DNA of 64,000 nt from Planctomycetota bacterium (lineage in GTDB: Bacteria; Planctomycetota; UBA1135; UBA2386), in assembly GCA_965228735.1 (NCBI GenBank), contig OZ245838.1, forward strand, positions 6,688,001-6,752,000, in the 5' to 3' direction. Positions 19,946 to 29,096 of this stretch are shown one piece after another. How positions within the stretch are numbered: the first letter of the stretch is position 1; each line of letters begins with the position of its first letter. The translations under genes were made by a program, and so were the position numbers. The notes under the pieces are model-generated. The model had not been told where the DNA came from. It saw nothing but the letters and a program-made list of their open reading frames with translations, and did not search any database.

Positions 19946-20389
19946 ATGAAGTCGAAACGCCTGCTGCTCGTGTCCCCTCTCCTGTTCGCCGCCTGCGGCG
20001 TGTCGCGACAGTGGCAGGAGGTCGTGACGGCGCCGATGTCCCGCGCGGAGGCCTACGAGGGGCTCGTGTTCGTCGCGACGTCCGACCGCTACGCGCCCGA
20101 CATCGCGGAGTGCGACCGCGGGCTCGGCACGTGGCAGTCGCGCTGGCGCGTCATCACGCGGGAGCGGTTCGCGCTCTACCGCAGCCGGCTCAAGGCCGAG
20201 ATGCTCATCGACGACGGCTCCTCGACCGAAGGCTGGACGATCCGTTACATCGTCGAGCAGCAGCGGGTCAAGGACATGCGCAAGGACCGCGATCCGAAGG
20301 AGAACGACTGGTCGGACGCCGGTCAGGACCGCGAGGCCGAGGCGATCCTCGGCGCGCGGCTGCAGCGCAAGCTGGCGCCCGAGTCGTGA
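19946..20389 (+). CDS. Hypothetical lipoprotein
   Basis: MKSKRLLLVSPLLFAAC lipobox; TATACT upstream. Confidence 0.7.
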   Translation: MKSKRLLLVSPLLFAACGVSRQWQEVVTAPMSRAEAYEGLVFVATSDRYAPDIAECDRGLGTWQSRWRVITRERFALYRSRLKAEMLIDDGSSTEGWTIRYIVEQQRVKDMRKDRDPKENDWSDAGQDREAEAILGARLQRKLAPES

Positions 20390-20485
20390 GGGAGTGGCTC
20401 GTTTCGACCATGCCACCGACGTCAGAAGGGCGCAGCTGTGGCTACTGGCCCGCGAAGGTCGATTCAGGGATGGGGGAACCCACCG

Positions 20486-21802
20486 ATGCCTGAGCTGTCC
20501 GTCCTGATCGTCAACTACAACACGTGGCGCGAGTGCATCCAGGCGGTGCGGACGCTGCGGCAGAACGGTCCGACGCGCCCCGATGGCTCCCCGATGCCGT
20601 TCGAGTGCATCGTCGTCGACAACAACTCACCCGCGACGGTCCCGGGGCAGCCCGAGAGGCTGCGCGAGGAGCTGCGGGCGCTCGCGGAGGAGCAGGGCGA
20701 TCCGGAGTCGGGCCGCCTGATCATGCACGACGAGAACGGCGGCTACAGCAAGGGCATGAACCTCGCGTTCGCGCACAGCCGTGGCCGTTGGATCCTCGTG
20801 AGCAACCCGGATCTCGTGTTCACGCCGGGGTTGATCGAGAAGCTGCAGCGGCACCTCGAGAACGATCCGAAGGCCGGCATCGTCGTCCCGAAGGGCTTCT
20901 GGGACACCGGCTTCTCCGGGCGGCTGCCGCCGAACACGTTGCCGACGCTGCGCGACCTCGTCGTCACGACGTTCGGCGCGTTCTCACGGCGGCTCAGCCG
21001 TTGGCACGCGCGGCGGCTCGCGCGCAGCTGGCTCCGGGTCTGGGAGGCGAACGAGCCGCAGGCGCTGCCGATGATGTCGGGCTGCCTGTTCCTCGTAGAG
21101 CGGTCGTTCTTCGAGTCGATCGGGCTCTTCGACGAGCGCTACCCGCTCTACTACGAGGACGCGGATCTCTCGGTGAAGATCCGCAAGGCCGGCCGTACGG
21201 TCACCCAGGTTCCCGACGCCGAGCTCGCGCACTTCGTGAACCGCTCCGGCATGAGCGACCCGAAGACGATGTGGGAGCGGCACGACACGAGCCGCGGGTT
21301 GTACTACCGCAAGTGGTACGGCCGGCTCGGCAAGTGGCTGCTCGGGTGGCAGCAGTGGATGTGGTCGACGAAGCGACTCGCGCGTTTCCGCAAGCAGGCG
21401 CCGCACGGCCCCGTGACCGACCTCGGCGAGAGCGCGCTGCGGCCCGTGATCGAGCTGCCGCGGCACTGCGACAAGTTCCTGCTGCTGATGTCGCTGGACC
21501 CGCGCTTCTACCTGTCCGGCGGGATGATCCTCAGCGGGGACCGCTGGACGCCCGACGACGAGATGTGGAGCAACTTCCACTACTCGACGTTCTTCTACAA
21601 GGTCTACGACCTCAGCGACGGCCGGTTCGAGGAGCTCGGGCAGTGGCGCTACAGCAGCCTGTCGCACCTCGGAGAGCTGACCGAAAAGGGGCGACAGTGG
21701 CTGGCCGACCGCGGGCTCGGGGTCGACGGCCAACCTGTCGAGAGCGACGCCGATGACGATGCGCCGAACACGTCGGCAGCGTCGGCCGGAGGGTGTGCAT
21801 GA
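20486..21802 (+). CDS. Glycosyltransferase family 2
   Basis: SVLIVNYNT, VVDNNS, NPD and YYEDAD motifs. Confidence 0.9.
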   Translation: MPELSVLIVNYNTWRECIQAVRTLRQNGPTRPDGSPMPFECIVVDNNSPATVPGQPERLREELRALAEEQGDPESGRLIMHDENGGYSKGMNLAFAHSRGRWILVSNPDLVFTPGLIEKLQRHLENDPKAGIVVPKGFWDTGFSGRLPPNTLPTLRDLVVTTFGAFSRRLSRWHARRLARSWLRVWEANEPQALPMMSGCLFLVERSFFESIGLFDERYPLYYEDADLSVKIRKAGRTVTQVPDAELAHFVNRSGMSDPKTMWERHDTSRGLYYRKWYGRLGKWLLGWQQWMWSTKRLARFRKQAPHGPVTDLGESALRPVIELPRHCDKFLLLMSLDPRFYLSGGMILSGDRWTPDDEMWSNFHYSTFFYKVYDLSDGRFEELGQWRYSSLSHLGELTEKGRQWLADRGLGVDGQPVESDADDDAPNTSAASAGGCA

Positions 21803-22734
21803 CGGACGGCGCGCCGGTCCTGTCGGTCGTCGTGCTCAGCTGGAACACGAAGGCGCTGACGCTCGCGTGTCTGCGTGCGCTGCACGACGAGTCGCCGGCA
21901 CCCCGACACGCGCGCGAGGTCATCGTCGTCGACAACGGCAGCGAGGACGGTTCGCCGGACGCGATCGCGAGCGAGTTCCCGGACGTGCGGCTCCTGCGGA
22001 ACCCCGACAACCGGCTCTACGCGGCGGCCAACAACCAGGGGGCCGCGATCGCGACCGGCGAGTTCGTCTGCACGCTCAACTCCGACACCGAGGTGCGCGC
22101 GGGCGCGCTCGATGCGCTCGTCGACTTCCTGCGCGAGAACGCGGACTACGGCGCGGCGGCGCCCAGGCTCGTCGATCCCGACGGCACAGTGCAGCACGCG
22201 TGTCAGCGCTTTCCGACGCTGCTCACCGCGCTGTGTTTCGACTCGTGGTGGGGGACGTTCTGGCCCGGCAAGGGGATCCAGGACCGGTACCTGATGCGCG
22301 ACTTCGACCACCTCGGTTCGTGCGACGTCGATCAGCCGCCGGGGGCGTGCTTCCTCATGCGGCGCGCGGAGTGGGCGGAGCTCGGCGGCCTCGACGAGGA
22401 CCTGAGCCTGTTCTACAACGACGTCGACCTCAGCAAGCGGCTCCGTGATCGCGGGCGCAAGACGCGCTACGTCGCGGACGTCGAGGTGATGCACCACCGC
22501 GGCGCGTCGACGAAGAACTTCGCGCGCATGCTCGTGATCTGGCACAAGAACCGCTTCGCGTACTACGGCAAGCACTACGGGCTCGTAGGGCGGCTCTGGA
22601 TCCGCGTTTGCGTGCGACTGCGGATCTGGGAGGAGTGGTGGAAGATCGGTCGGCGTCACAAGCGTGATGTGGGGCTGCGGCGCGCCGAGCGCGCGCACCT
22701 GAAGAAGGCGACCGCGGAGCTCTGGTCGTCGTGA
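21799..22734 (+). CDS. Glycosyltransferase family 2 (WbbL-like)
   Basis: VVDNGSEDG, LNSD, GACFLMR and YNDVD motifs. Confidence 0.9.
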   Translation: MTDGAPVLSVVVLSWNTKALTLACLRALHDESPAPRHAREVIVVDNGSEDGSPDAIASEFPDVRLLRNPDNRLYAAANNQGAAIATGEFVCTLNSDTEVRAGALDALVDFLRENADYGAAAPRLVDPDGTVQHACQRFPTLLTALCFDSWWGTFWPGKGIQDRYLMRDFDHLGSCDVDQPPGACFLMRRAEWAELGGLDEDLSLFYNDVDLSKRLRDRGRKTRYVADVEVMHHRGASTKNFARMLVIWHKNRFAYYGKHYGLVGRLWIRVCVRLRIWEEWWKIGRRHKRDVGLRRAERAHLKKATAELWSS

Positions 22735-23936
22735 AGGTCTGCTTCCTCACGAGCAACCACCTGCCCGAGGCGCGCGGCGGCACGGAGCAGGTCGTGCACG
22801 CGTTGGAGATGGCGTTCGGCGACCAGGGCGTCGAGGTCGTCGCGATCACGAGCAGCGACGTGCCGCACCGGGGCACCGACGTCGCCGAGGAGACGTTCGA
22901 AGGCGTGCGGATCCGCCGCGTCTTCAAGCTCGCCGACGAGTGGGATCACCAGGGGTTCGTTCGCCCGCGCATCCTCGACCTCGTGCGCGGACTGCTCGTC
23001 GAGGAGGATCCCGACGTCGTGCACATCCACTCCACGGCGGCGCTCGGCACGGGTTGCGCGGCGATCGCGACGGAGCTCGGCGTTCCGGTCGTCATGACGT
23101 TCCACGATCTCTGGGTCACGTGCGCGCGCTACTTCCGGTTGCCGGTCGGTGGTGTGACGTGTCCGACGGGCACGGCTCGCGAGCCGTGCCTCACGTGCAT
23201 CGACAGCGAACTCGGGGTCGGCCACGCGCACGTCGCGCAGGCGCTGAGGGAACGCGATGAACGGATTCGGGCCGACGTCGCGCACGCCCGGATCTACACG
23301 GCGCCGAGCCACACGACGGCACGAACCGTCCGCGAGTGCCTGCCCCTCGATCGCGCGATCGAGGTCGTGCCGCACGGTTTGCTGCGGGCCGTGCCCGCGG
23401 ACGATCGGGCGACCGGGCCGCGCGCGGGAGCGCCGCTGCGGGTCGGGACGTTCGGTGGGCTCGGAGCAGAGAAAGGTCTGCTCGAGCTCGTCGCCGCCGT
23501 GGCCGGGCTGCCGTGCGAGCTGCACCTCGCGGGGCGCCATTACGGGCAGCAGATCAGCGATGCCGTGGCCGAACTCAAACGTGCGGGAACGACCGTGGTG
23601 AACACGCTCGAATACGGGCCGCTCGACCCGCATCCGGCGCGTTCGTTGGATCTCGCGGTGTTCCCGTCCAAGTGCCAGGAGACCTACGGCCTGGTCGTCG
23701 ACGAGGCCCTCGCGCATGGCGTGCCGTGCGTCGTGTCGGATCGAGGCGCGCTCGCGGAGCGCGCGCACCAGCCGGGCGTCGTCGTCTCGCCGCTCGCAAA
23801 TCTGCGCACCACGCTGCACGATCTCGTCCACGACCCGGAACGTCTCGCCGGGCTCCGAGCCGCGATTCCGAGCGCGCTGCCGAGCGTGCGGGATGCTGCC
23901 GCGCGTTACCTCGACCTCTACCGGCGTCTGTCATGA
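22731..23936 (+). CDS. Glycosyltransferase family 4
   Basis: GGTE, TFHD and ETYGLVVDEALAHGVP motifs. Confidence 0.9.
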   Translation: MKVCFLTSNHLPEARGGTEQVVHALEMAFGDQGVEVVAITSSDVPHRGTDVAEETFEGVRIRRVFKLADEWDHQGFVRPRILDLVRGLLVEEDPDVVHIHSTAALGTGCAAIATELGVPVVMTFHDLWVTCARYFRLPVGGVTCPTGTAREPCLTCIDSELGVGHAHVAQALRERDERIRADVAHARIYTAPSHTTARTVRECLPLDRAIEVVPHGLLRAVPADDRATGPRAGAPLRVGTFGGLGAEKGLLELVAAVAGLPCELHLAGRHYGQQISDAVAELKRAGTTVVNTLEYGPLDPHPARSLDLAVFPSKCQETYGLVVDEALAHGVPCVVSDRGALAERAHQPGVVVSPLANLRTTLHDLVHDPERLAGLRAAIPSALPSVRDAAARYLDLYRRLS

Positions 23937-24667
23937 ATCACCTCTTCACCCCGCTGTTGCCGAAGGACGCGCTGGAGCCGCCCGTCCTCGTGCTCGCGGC
24001 GCACCCCGACGACGAGGTGATCGGCGCCGGGGCGATGCTTGCGTGGCACGCGCAGCAGGGCCACGCCGTGACCGTGGTGCACATCACCGACGGCGCCGGG
24101 GGCGATCCCGGCGCGCGCGAGGCCGGCGACATCCGTGACGTGCGGCGGGCGGAGGGCGCGGAGGCGCTGCGGCGCCTCGGGCTCGGCGCGCCGCGGCACT
24201 GGGATCTGCCGGATGGGCAACTGCCGGAGCACCTCGACGATCTCACCGCGCGGTTGCGCGAGCTGTTCGCCGAGGTGCAGCCCGCGACGCTGTACTCGTT
24301 CTGGTTCGGCGAAGCCCATCGCGATCACCGCGCGGTCGCTCGCGCGACAGCGGTCGCGAGCGCTGCGCTGCCGGCGGAGTGCCGGTGCCTGCTCTACGGC
24401 GTCAACCACGTCGTGCCGGGCGGCGCTTTGTTCGACACGAGCGCGACCTACCCGGCGAAATACGAAGCGCTCAAGGCCTACGTCTCGCAGAACGCCTACA
24501 TCGATCTGCCCGGCATGAGCGAGCACCGCGATCGCGCCGCGACCGTCAATCTCGACATCGGCGGAGTGATGTACGGCGAGATGTTCGCCGACCTCCGATC
24601 GGGCGATCTGCCGCGCGCGAGCGAGCTGGCCGTCGACCTGCATCGCATGTTGCTGAGGGATTCGTGA
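23933..24667 (+). CDS. PIG-L family deacetylase
   Basis: AHPDDE and HRDH motifs; ATGA overlap with the preceding gene. Confidence 0.9.
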   Translation: MNHLFTPLLPKDALEPPVLVLAAHPDDEVIGAGAMLAWHAQQGHAVTVVHITDGAGGDPGAREAGDIRDVRRAEGAEALRRLGLGAPRHWDLPDGQLPEHLDDLTARLRELFAEVQPATLYSFWFGEAHRDHRAVARATAVASAALPAECRCLLYGVNHVVPGGALFDTSATYPAKYEALKAYVSQNAYIDLPGMSEHRDRAATVNLDIGGVMYGEMFADLRSGDLPRASELAVDLHRMLLRDS

Positions 24668-25602
24668 GCAGCAGTGGCAACACGGCGCCGACCGTCTCGC
24701 TCGTAATCTCGGTCTGGAATCGCAAGGACGACCTGCGCGAGAACCTGCAGGCCATCGCGCGGCAGACCCGACCGGCGGAGCAGGTCATCGTCGTCGACAA
24801 CGACAGCACGGACGGCACGCCGGAGATGGTGCTCGGTGAGTTCCCGGACGTGCAGCTGATCCGGATGCCGCACAGCAACTACGGCGCATGCGAGACGTTC
24901 AACGTCGGGTTCTCGAGCGCCCGCGGCGACTTCGTTGGGATCCTCGACGACGACGTCGTGTTGCCGGCGACGTTCGTGCAGCAGATGGTCGACAAGTTCG
25001 CGGCGGAGCCGGAGACGACCGCGATCCTGTCGCCGAAGGTCATCGAGCCCGAGATGCCCGAGTGGTACAAGGACTCGCCGGCGGTCAACACGGAGCGCTA
25101 CCTCGCGACGTTTCGCGGCTGCGGTTCGATGGCGCGCGCCGAGGCGATCCGCAAGGCGCGGTGGTACGACATCCGCTTCTTCATCTTCGGCAACGAACGC
25201 GACCTCACGACCCGTCTGCTCAACCTCGGCTATCGCGTGAAGATGTTTCCCGCGGTCGAGGTGTTTCACAAAGCGCCGTTCGGCATGCGCCACGGCAAGC
25301 GCAGCCTCTACTACCACGTGCGGAACTTCTGGCTCTACGCCTACAAGTACCTGCCGTGGAGCCAGGTGCTCGGCTTTCCGTTCCGGTTCTTGCGGAAGGG
25401 CCTCGGCGGCAAGAAGAAGCAACAGGGCGGCGAGGTCGCGGACGCGGTCGGGACGATCGGCCTGTTCGACAACATCAAGGGCGTGAAGGGCGGCTATTGG
25501 ATCTGCCTGAAGGCCACGCTCGCGTCGTTGTGGCATCTGCCCTACTGCCTCCGGCAGCGGCACGTTTGCACGCACGAGGACTTCGAGCCGCCGCTGAAGT
25601 AG
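24664..25602 (+). CDS. Glycosyltransferase family 2
   Basis: VVDNDSTDGT and ILDDD motifs; GTGA overlap. Confidence 0.9.
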   Translation: MSSSGNTAPTVSLVISVWNRKDDLRENLQAIARQTRPAEQVIVVDNDSTDGTPEMVLGEFPDVQLIRMPHSNYGACETFNVGFSSARGDFVGILDDDVVLPATFVQQMVDKFAAEPETTAILSPKVIEPEMPEWYKDSPAVNTERYLATFRGCGSMARAEAIRKARWYDIRFFIFGNERDLTTRLLNLGYRVKMFPAVEVFHKAPFGMRHGKRSLYYHVRNFWLYAYKYLPWSQVLGFPFRFLRKGLGGKKKQQGGEVADAVGTIGLFDNIKGVKGGYWICLKATLASLWHLPYCLRQRHVCTHEDFEPPLK

Positions 25603-25618
25603 GCGCCGCATTCGCCCC

Positions 25619-26719
25619 GTGACCGTCAGCCCCTCGACCGAACTGAGCGCGATCGTCGTCAACTGGAACGGCGCGGAGTACCTGGCTGGGTGCGTCGATG
25701 CGCTGCTCGCGCAGGAGCCGCCGCCCGCCGAGATCCTCGTCGTCGACAATCACAGCACGGACGGCTCGCGCGAGCTCCTCGCCGAGCGCTATCCCGCGGC
25801 CGAGTTCCCGACCGTGCGCGTGATCGACAGCGGGAGGAACGGCGGGCCGTGCTTCGCGCGCAACGTCGGCATGCTTGCGGCGCAGAACGAGCTGTGCCTG
25901 CTCATCGACAACGACGTCATCCTGCGGCCGGGTGCGCTCGCCGAGCTGCGGCGCTGTCTCGAGAGTGACCCGCGTTGCGCGATGGTGCAGGCGCGTTCGG
26001 TGTGCGGCGACGATGAGTCGGTCGTGCATTACGACGGCGGTGATCTGCACTTCCTCGGCACGCTCGTTCTGCACAACTGGTATCGGCCGCTCAGTGAGGC
26101 CGCGGACCACGACGGGCCCGTCGGCGCGGCTGTGGCGCTCTGCTTCCTCACGCGGAAGAGCGCCTACCACGAGATCGGTGGCTTCGACGAGAACCTGTTC
26201 ATCCTCTACGAGGACAACGAGTTCTCCTACAAGCTGCGGATGCGCGGCTACACGATCCGGCTGTGCGCCGCCGCCGTCTGCGTGCACCTCGCGGGGACGG
26301 CGGATCTGTCCATTCGGGGTGCTGGGGCCGGGGCGCGGTATCCCGGGCGACGCACCTATCTGCACAGCAAGAACCGTTGGTACGTGCTGCTGACCTGCAT
26401 GCGTTGGCGCACGCTGCTCCTCACGATCCCGGCCCAGCTCGTCTACGGTGCGGTGTATGCGGCCTTCGGGCATCAGCGTGGGCACGTGTCCGATTGGTGG
26501 CGCGGCAAGTGGGAGCTGTTCAAGTTGCTGCCGGCGGCCGTGCGCGCGCGGTCGGCGGCGCAGCGCGGTCGCACCGTGCCGGATCGTGAGCTGCTCACGA
26601 GCGCGGCGATGACGCTCAACCCGGGGCTCGCGGAGCGCGGGTTCAAGGGCTGGCTGAGGCGCAGTCTGGATCGGTTCTTCGCGGGTTACTGGCGGCTGCT
26701 GCGAGGGCTGTGTGGCTGA
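25619..26719 (+). CDS. Glycosyltransferase family 2
   Basis: VVNWNG, VVDNHSTDGS and GGFDENLFILYED motifs. Confidence 0.9.
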   Translation: MTVSPSTELSAIVVNWNGAEYLAGCVDALLAQEPPPAEILVVDNHSTDGSRELLAERYPAAEFPTVRVIDSGRNGGPCFARNVGMLAAQNELCLLIDNDVILRPGALAELRRCLESDPRCAMVQARSVCGDDESVVHYDGGDLHFLGTLVLHNWYRPLSEAADHDGPVGAAVALCFLTRKSAYHEIGGFDENLFILYEDNEFSYKLRMRGYTIRLCAAAVCVHLAGTADLSIRGAGAGARYPGRRTYLHSKNRWYVLLTCMRWRTLLLTIPAQLVYGAVYAAFGHQRGHVSDWWRGKWELFKLLPAAVRARSAAQRGRTVPDRELLTSAAMTLNPGLAERGFKGWLRRSLDRFFAGYWRLLRGLCG

Positions 26720-27653
26720 GCGCACGCGCGGGTCCGGCGGCGAGGTCGCTGTCCTGCTGCTGAACTTCCGGCGGCCGGAGCTCACGCTGCGTTGCCTGGA
26801 CGATCTGCTCGCGGTCGTTGGGGTCGAGCTCGCCTTGCTGGTGATCGACAACGGTTCGGGCGACGGCAGCGCGGAGCAGCTGCGCCAAGGAATCGCCGAG
26901 CGGGCGGGTGCGAGTGACGCGACGATCGAACTGCTCGAGCTCAGAAGCAACCTCGGCTTCGCCGGCGGCATGAACCGCGGCATCGCGTGGGCCGGCGAAC
27001 GGGGGCTGCCGTTCTGCCTCGTGCTCAACAACGACGTGCGCGTGCCCGCGGCCGCGATCGCGCCGCTTCGCGACGTCTTGCAGAACGATCCGCGCGTCGT
27101 GGCCGTCGGCCCGACGATGGTCACGCCCGACGGTCGCGTGTGGGCGGAGGGCGGCCGCACCCGCTTCGGGCCGAACGCGCTGACGCTGCGGCACCAGGGG
27201 GCCGAGCCGCGGCCACGAGAGCACGGGCCGGAGGCGGTCGAGTTCCTGCCCTGCGCGTGCGTGCTCTTTCGGACCGCGGCGCTGCAGGCCGTCGGCGGGT
27301 TCGACGAGCGCTACTTCATGTACTGGGAAGACGTCGATCTCTGCACGCGCCTGCGCGAGCGCGGCGGTCGCATCGTCTGGCTGCCCTGGACCCGCATCGA
27401 ACACGACAGCGGCGGCTCCAGCGGCGGCGGCAGATCCCGGCTCCGCAAGTTCCTCATGGCGCGCTACGCCGTGCGCTACCTGCGCGACCACGGCCGCCCG
27501 TCGACGTGGGCCGGCTGGCTGCTCTTCGACATCCTGCTCTGGCCCCTGACCCTCGTCACCAACCCGACCACCGCGATCGCCAAACTCCGCGGCACGTTCG
27601 CCGGCCTGACCGACCGAACGATCACGAGCAAGGACATCGACGCCTGGCAGTGA
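26712..27653 (+). CDS. Glycosyltransferase family 2
   Basis: IDNGSGDGS, NLGFAGGMN and FDERYFMYWEDVD motifs. Confidence 0.9.
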   Translation: MAERTRGSGGEVAVLLLNFRRPELTLRCLDDLLAVVGVELALLVIDNGSGDGSAEQLRQGIAERAGASDATIELLELRSNLGFAGGMNRGIAWAGERGLPFCLVLNNDVRVPAAAIAPLRDVLQNDPRVVAVGPTMVTPDGRVWAEGGRTRFGPNALTLRHQGAEPRPREHGPEAVEFLPCACVLFRTAALQAVGGFDERYFMYWEDVDLCTRLRERGGRIVWLPWTRIEHDSGGSSGGGRSRLRKFLMARYAVRYLRDHGRPSTWAGWLLFDILLWPLTLVTNPTTAIAKLRGTFAGLTDRTITSKDIDAWQ

Positions 27654-27672
27654 CACCGCCGCCCCTTGATCG

Positions 27673-27756
27673 GGGCCCCGTACGGAACCTGGTTCGTTCT
27701 GCCGACGTCGTCAACCGGGCCCCGTACGGAACCTGGTTCGTTCTGCCGACGTCGTC
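27673..27756. repeat. Two identical 40-bp direct repeats (REP copies) upstream of the RAYT gene
   Basis: GGGCCCCGTACGGAACCTGGTTCGTTCTGCCGACGTCGTC at 27673-27712 and 27717-27756. Confidence 0.9.
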
Positions 27757-27907
27757 GACACTCCCGTCTGGGCTTTGTGTGCCCGGCTGAGTTCGAGGAC
27801 AACTTCCATGCTGCAGGAGCAGCGTAACCTGGCTGTCCACTCCGCCGGGGGAAGGTCAGGTTGATCGCGGGGAGAGAAGCGCGGCGCGGAGGTCGGCATG
27901 CCAGCAC

Positions 27908-27930
27908 GAACCGCGTACCGTACGCCGGGT
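27908..27930. repeat. REP copy immediately upstream of the RAYT gene
   Basis: GAACCGCGTACCGTACGCCGGGT. Confidence 0.8.
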
Positions 27931-27990
27931 CACGTCGGGATTTGCGTGTGATCTCAGGGTCTGCGTTCCACTTGGGGAGGAGGTGACCTC

Positions 27991-29019
27991 ATGGTGCGAA
28001 AGCCGCGAGCGGATGGGCCCGGCAAGTGGTTTCACGTGGTGAACCGAGGCGTTTCCCGGCGCTCGGTCTTCGAGAACAGGGCAGATGTAGAGTTCTTCCT
28101 GGACGGTGTTCGCGATGTCGTTGAGCGCGGTTGGCTCGAGGTGCACGCCTATGCGGTGCTGACGACCCACTATCACTTTCTCGTCCGCAGTCCGGCTGCG
28201 GAGCTGTCTCGGGCGATGCATCACGTTCAGCTGCGCTACGTCCGATACTTCAATAGGACCCGTCGGCGGGACGGGTCTCTGCTGCGCGGCCGGTTTGGCT
28301 CGAAGCACGTGGACTCGGTTCGCTACCGGCTTGCCGTCGTCGGCTACATCGACACCAACGCGCCCGCGGCGGGCCTCGCGCGGTGTGCGTCCGACTATCC
28401 GTTCGGTAGCGCAGCCGCATACCTGTCGGGTGGCGGTCCGGAATGGCTCTGCCGTGACTGGGTCCACGACGAACTCCGGCTCTGCACAGGCGAGGTCGCA
28501 CCGTCGGGAACAGCGTATGCAGATGTGTTCGCGCGTGGGTTCACGGATGCCCAGCGCGCGATCGTGGAGCGCCGGTTGGCGTTGCCGGACGCGGCGAATG
28601 ATCCGATCGACGAACTGATGCGGGGTGGAGCACTGGCGCTTCGCGAGTGGTTTCACAAGAAGGCCCTGCTGGCTGACGGCACCAAACCGGGACTTCCGAT
28701 CGCGGCACCCGAAGAGATCCAGCGAGCGCTGGCCGTCGAGTTGCCGGCAGCGATCGAGCCGGTCGTGAAGCACCTCCGGCAGGGCTCCGCCGATTGGCGC
28801 GCGGCGCTCACAGCGCTGCTTCTGCGTGAGGCATGCGGACTGACGCAGGCGGAGATTGGCGAGCGGCTCGGACGGTCGCGGGAGACCGCCAGGAGTCTGG
28901 TTGCCCGAGCGCGTCGGGTGGCGGCCGAGCACCCTGCGATCGGCGACTTCGCCGCGGCGGCTATCCATCGCGCGTTGGCTGCGACGTTCCCGCCACCAGG
29001 ACACACTTCGGCAGACTGA
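27991..29019 (+). mobile_element. REP-associated tyrosine transposase (RAYT; Y1/HUH, IS200-like) with C-terminal HTH
   Basis: FHVVNRG, AYAVLTTHYHFLV (HUH), RYFN...GRF, GYIDTN (catalytic Tyr position), DYPFGS; C-terminal LTQAEIGERLGRS HTH; strong SD GGAGGAGG; flanked by REPs. Confidence 0.9.
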
Positions 29020-29075
29020 ACCAGGTACCGTACGGCCAAGGTACCGTACGGCCACAGCCGGGTTCAGTACCGCCA
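29008..29075. repeat. REP cluster downstream of the RAYT gene, including a half-copy of the intron-target repeat
   Basis: TCGGCAGACTGAACCAGGTACCGTACGG is inverted relative to 27678-27705 (25/28). A second AGGTACCGTACGGCCA follows. GGGTTCAGTACCGCCA (29060-29075) matches 55649-55664 at 15/16. Confidence 0.85.
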
Positions 29076-29096
29076 TGATCGGACGGCTTGCAGCCG

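Noticed and set aside
27673..27756. 40-bp direct repeats as a CRISPR array
   Set aside because: Only two copies, 4 bp apart, with no cas genes; the sequence belongs to the REP family.
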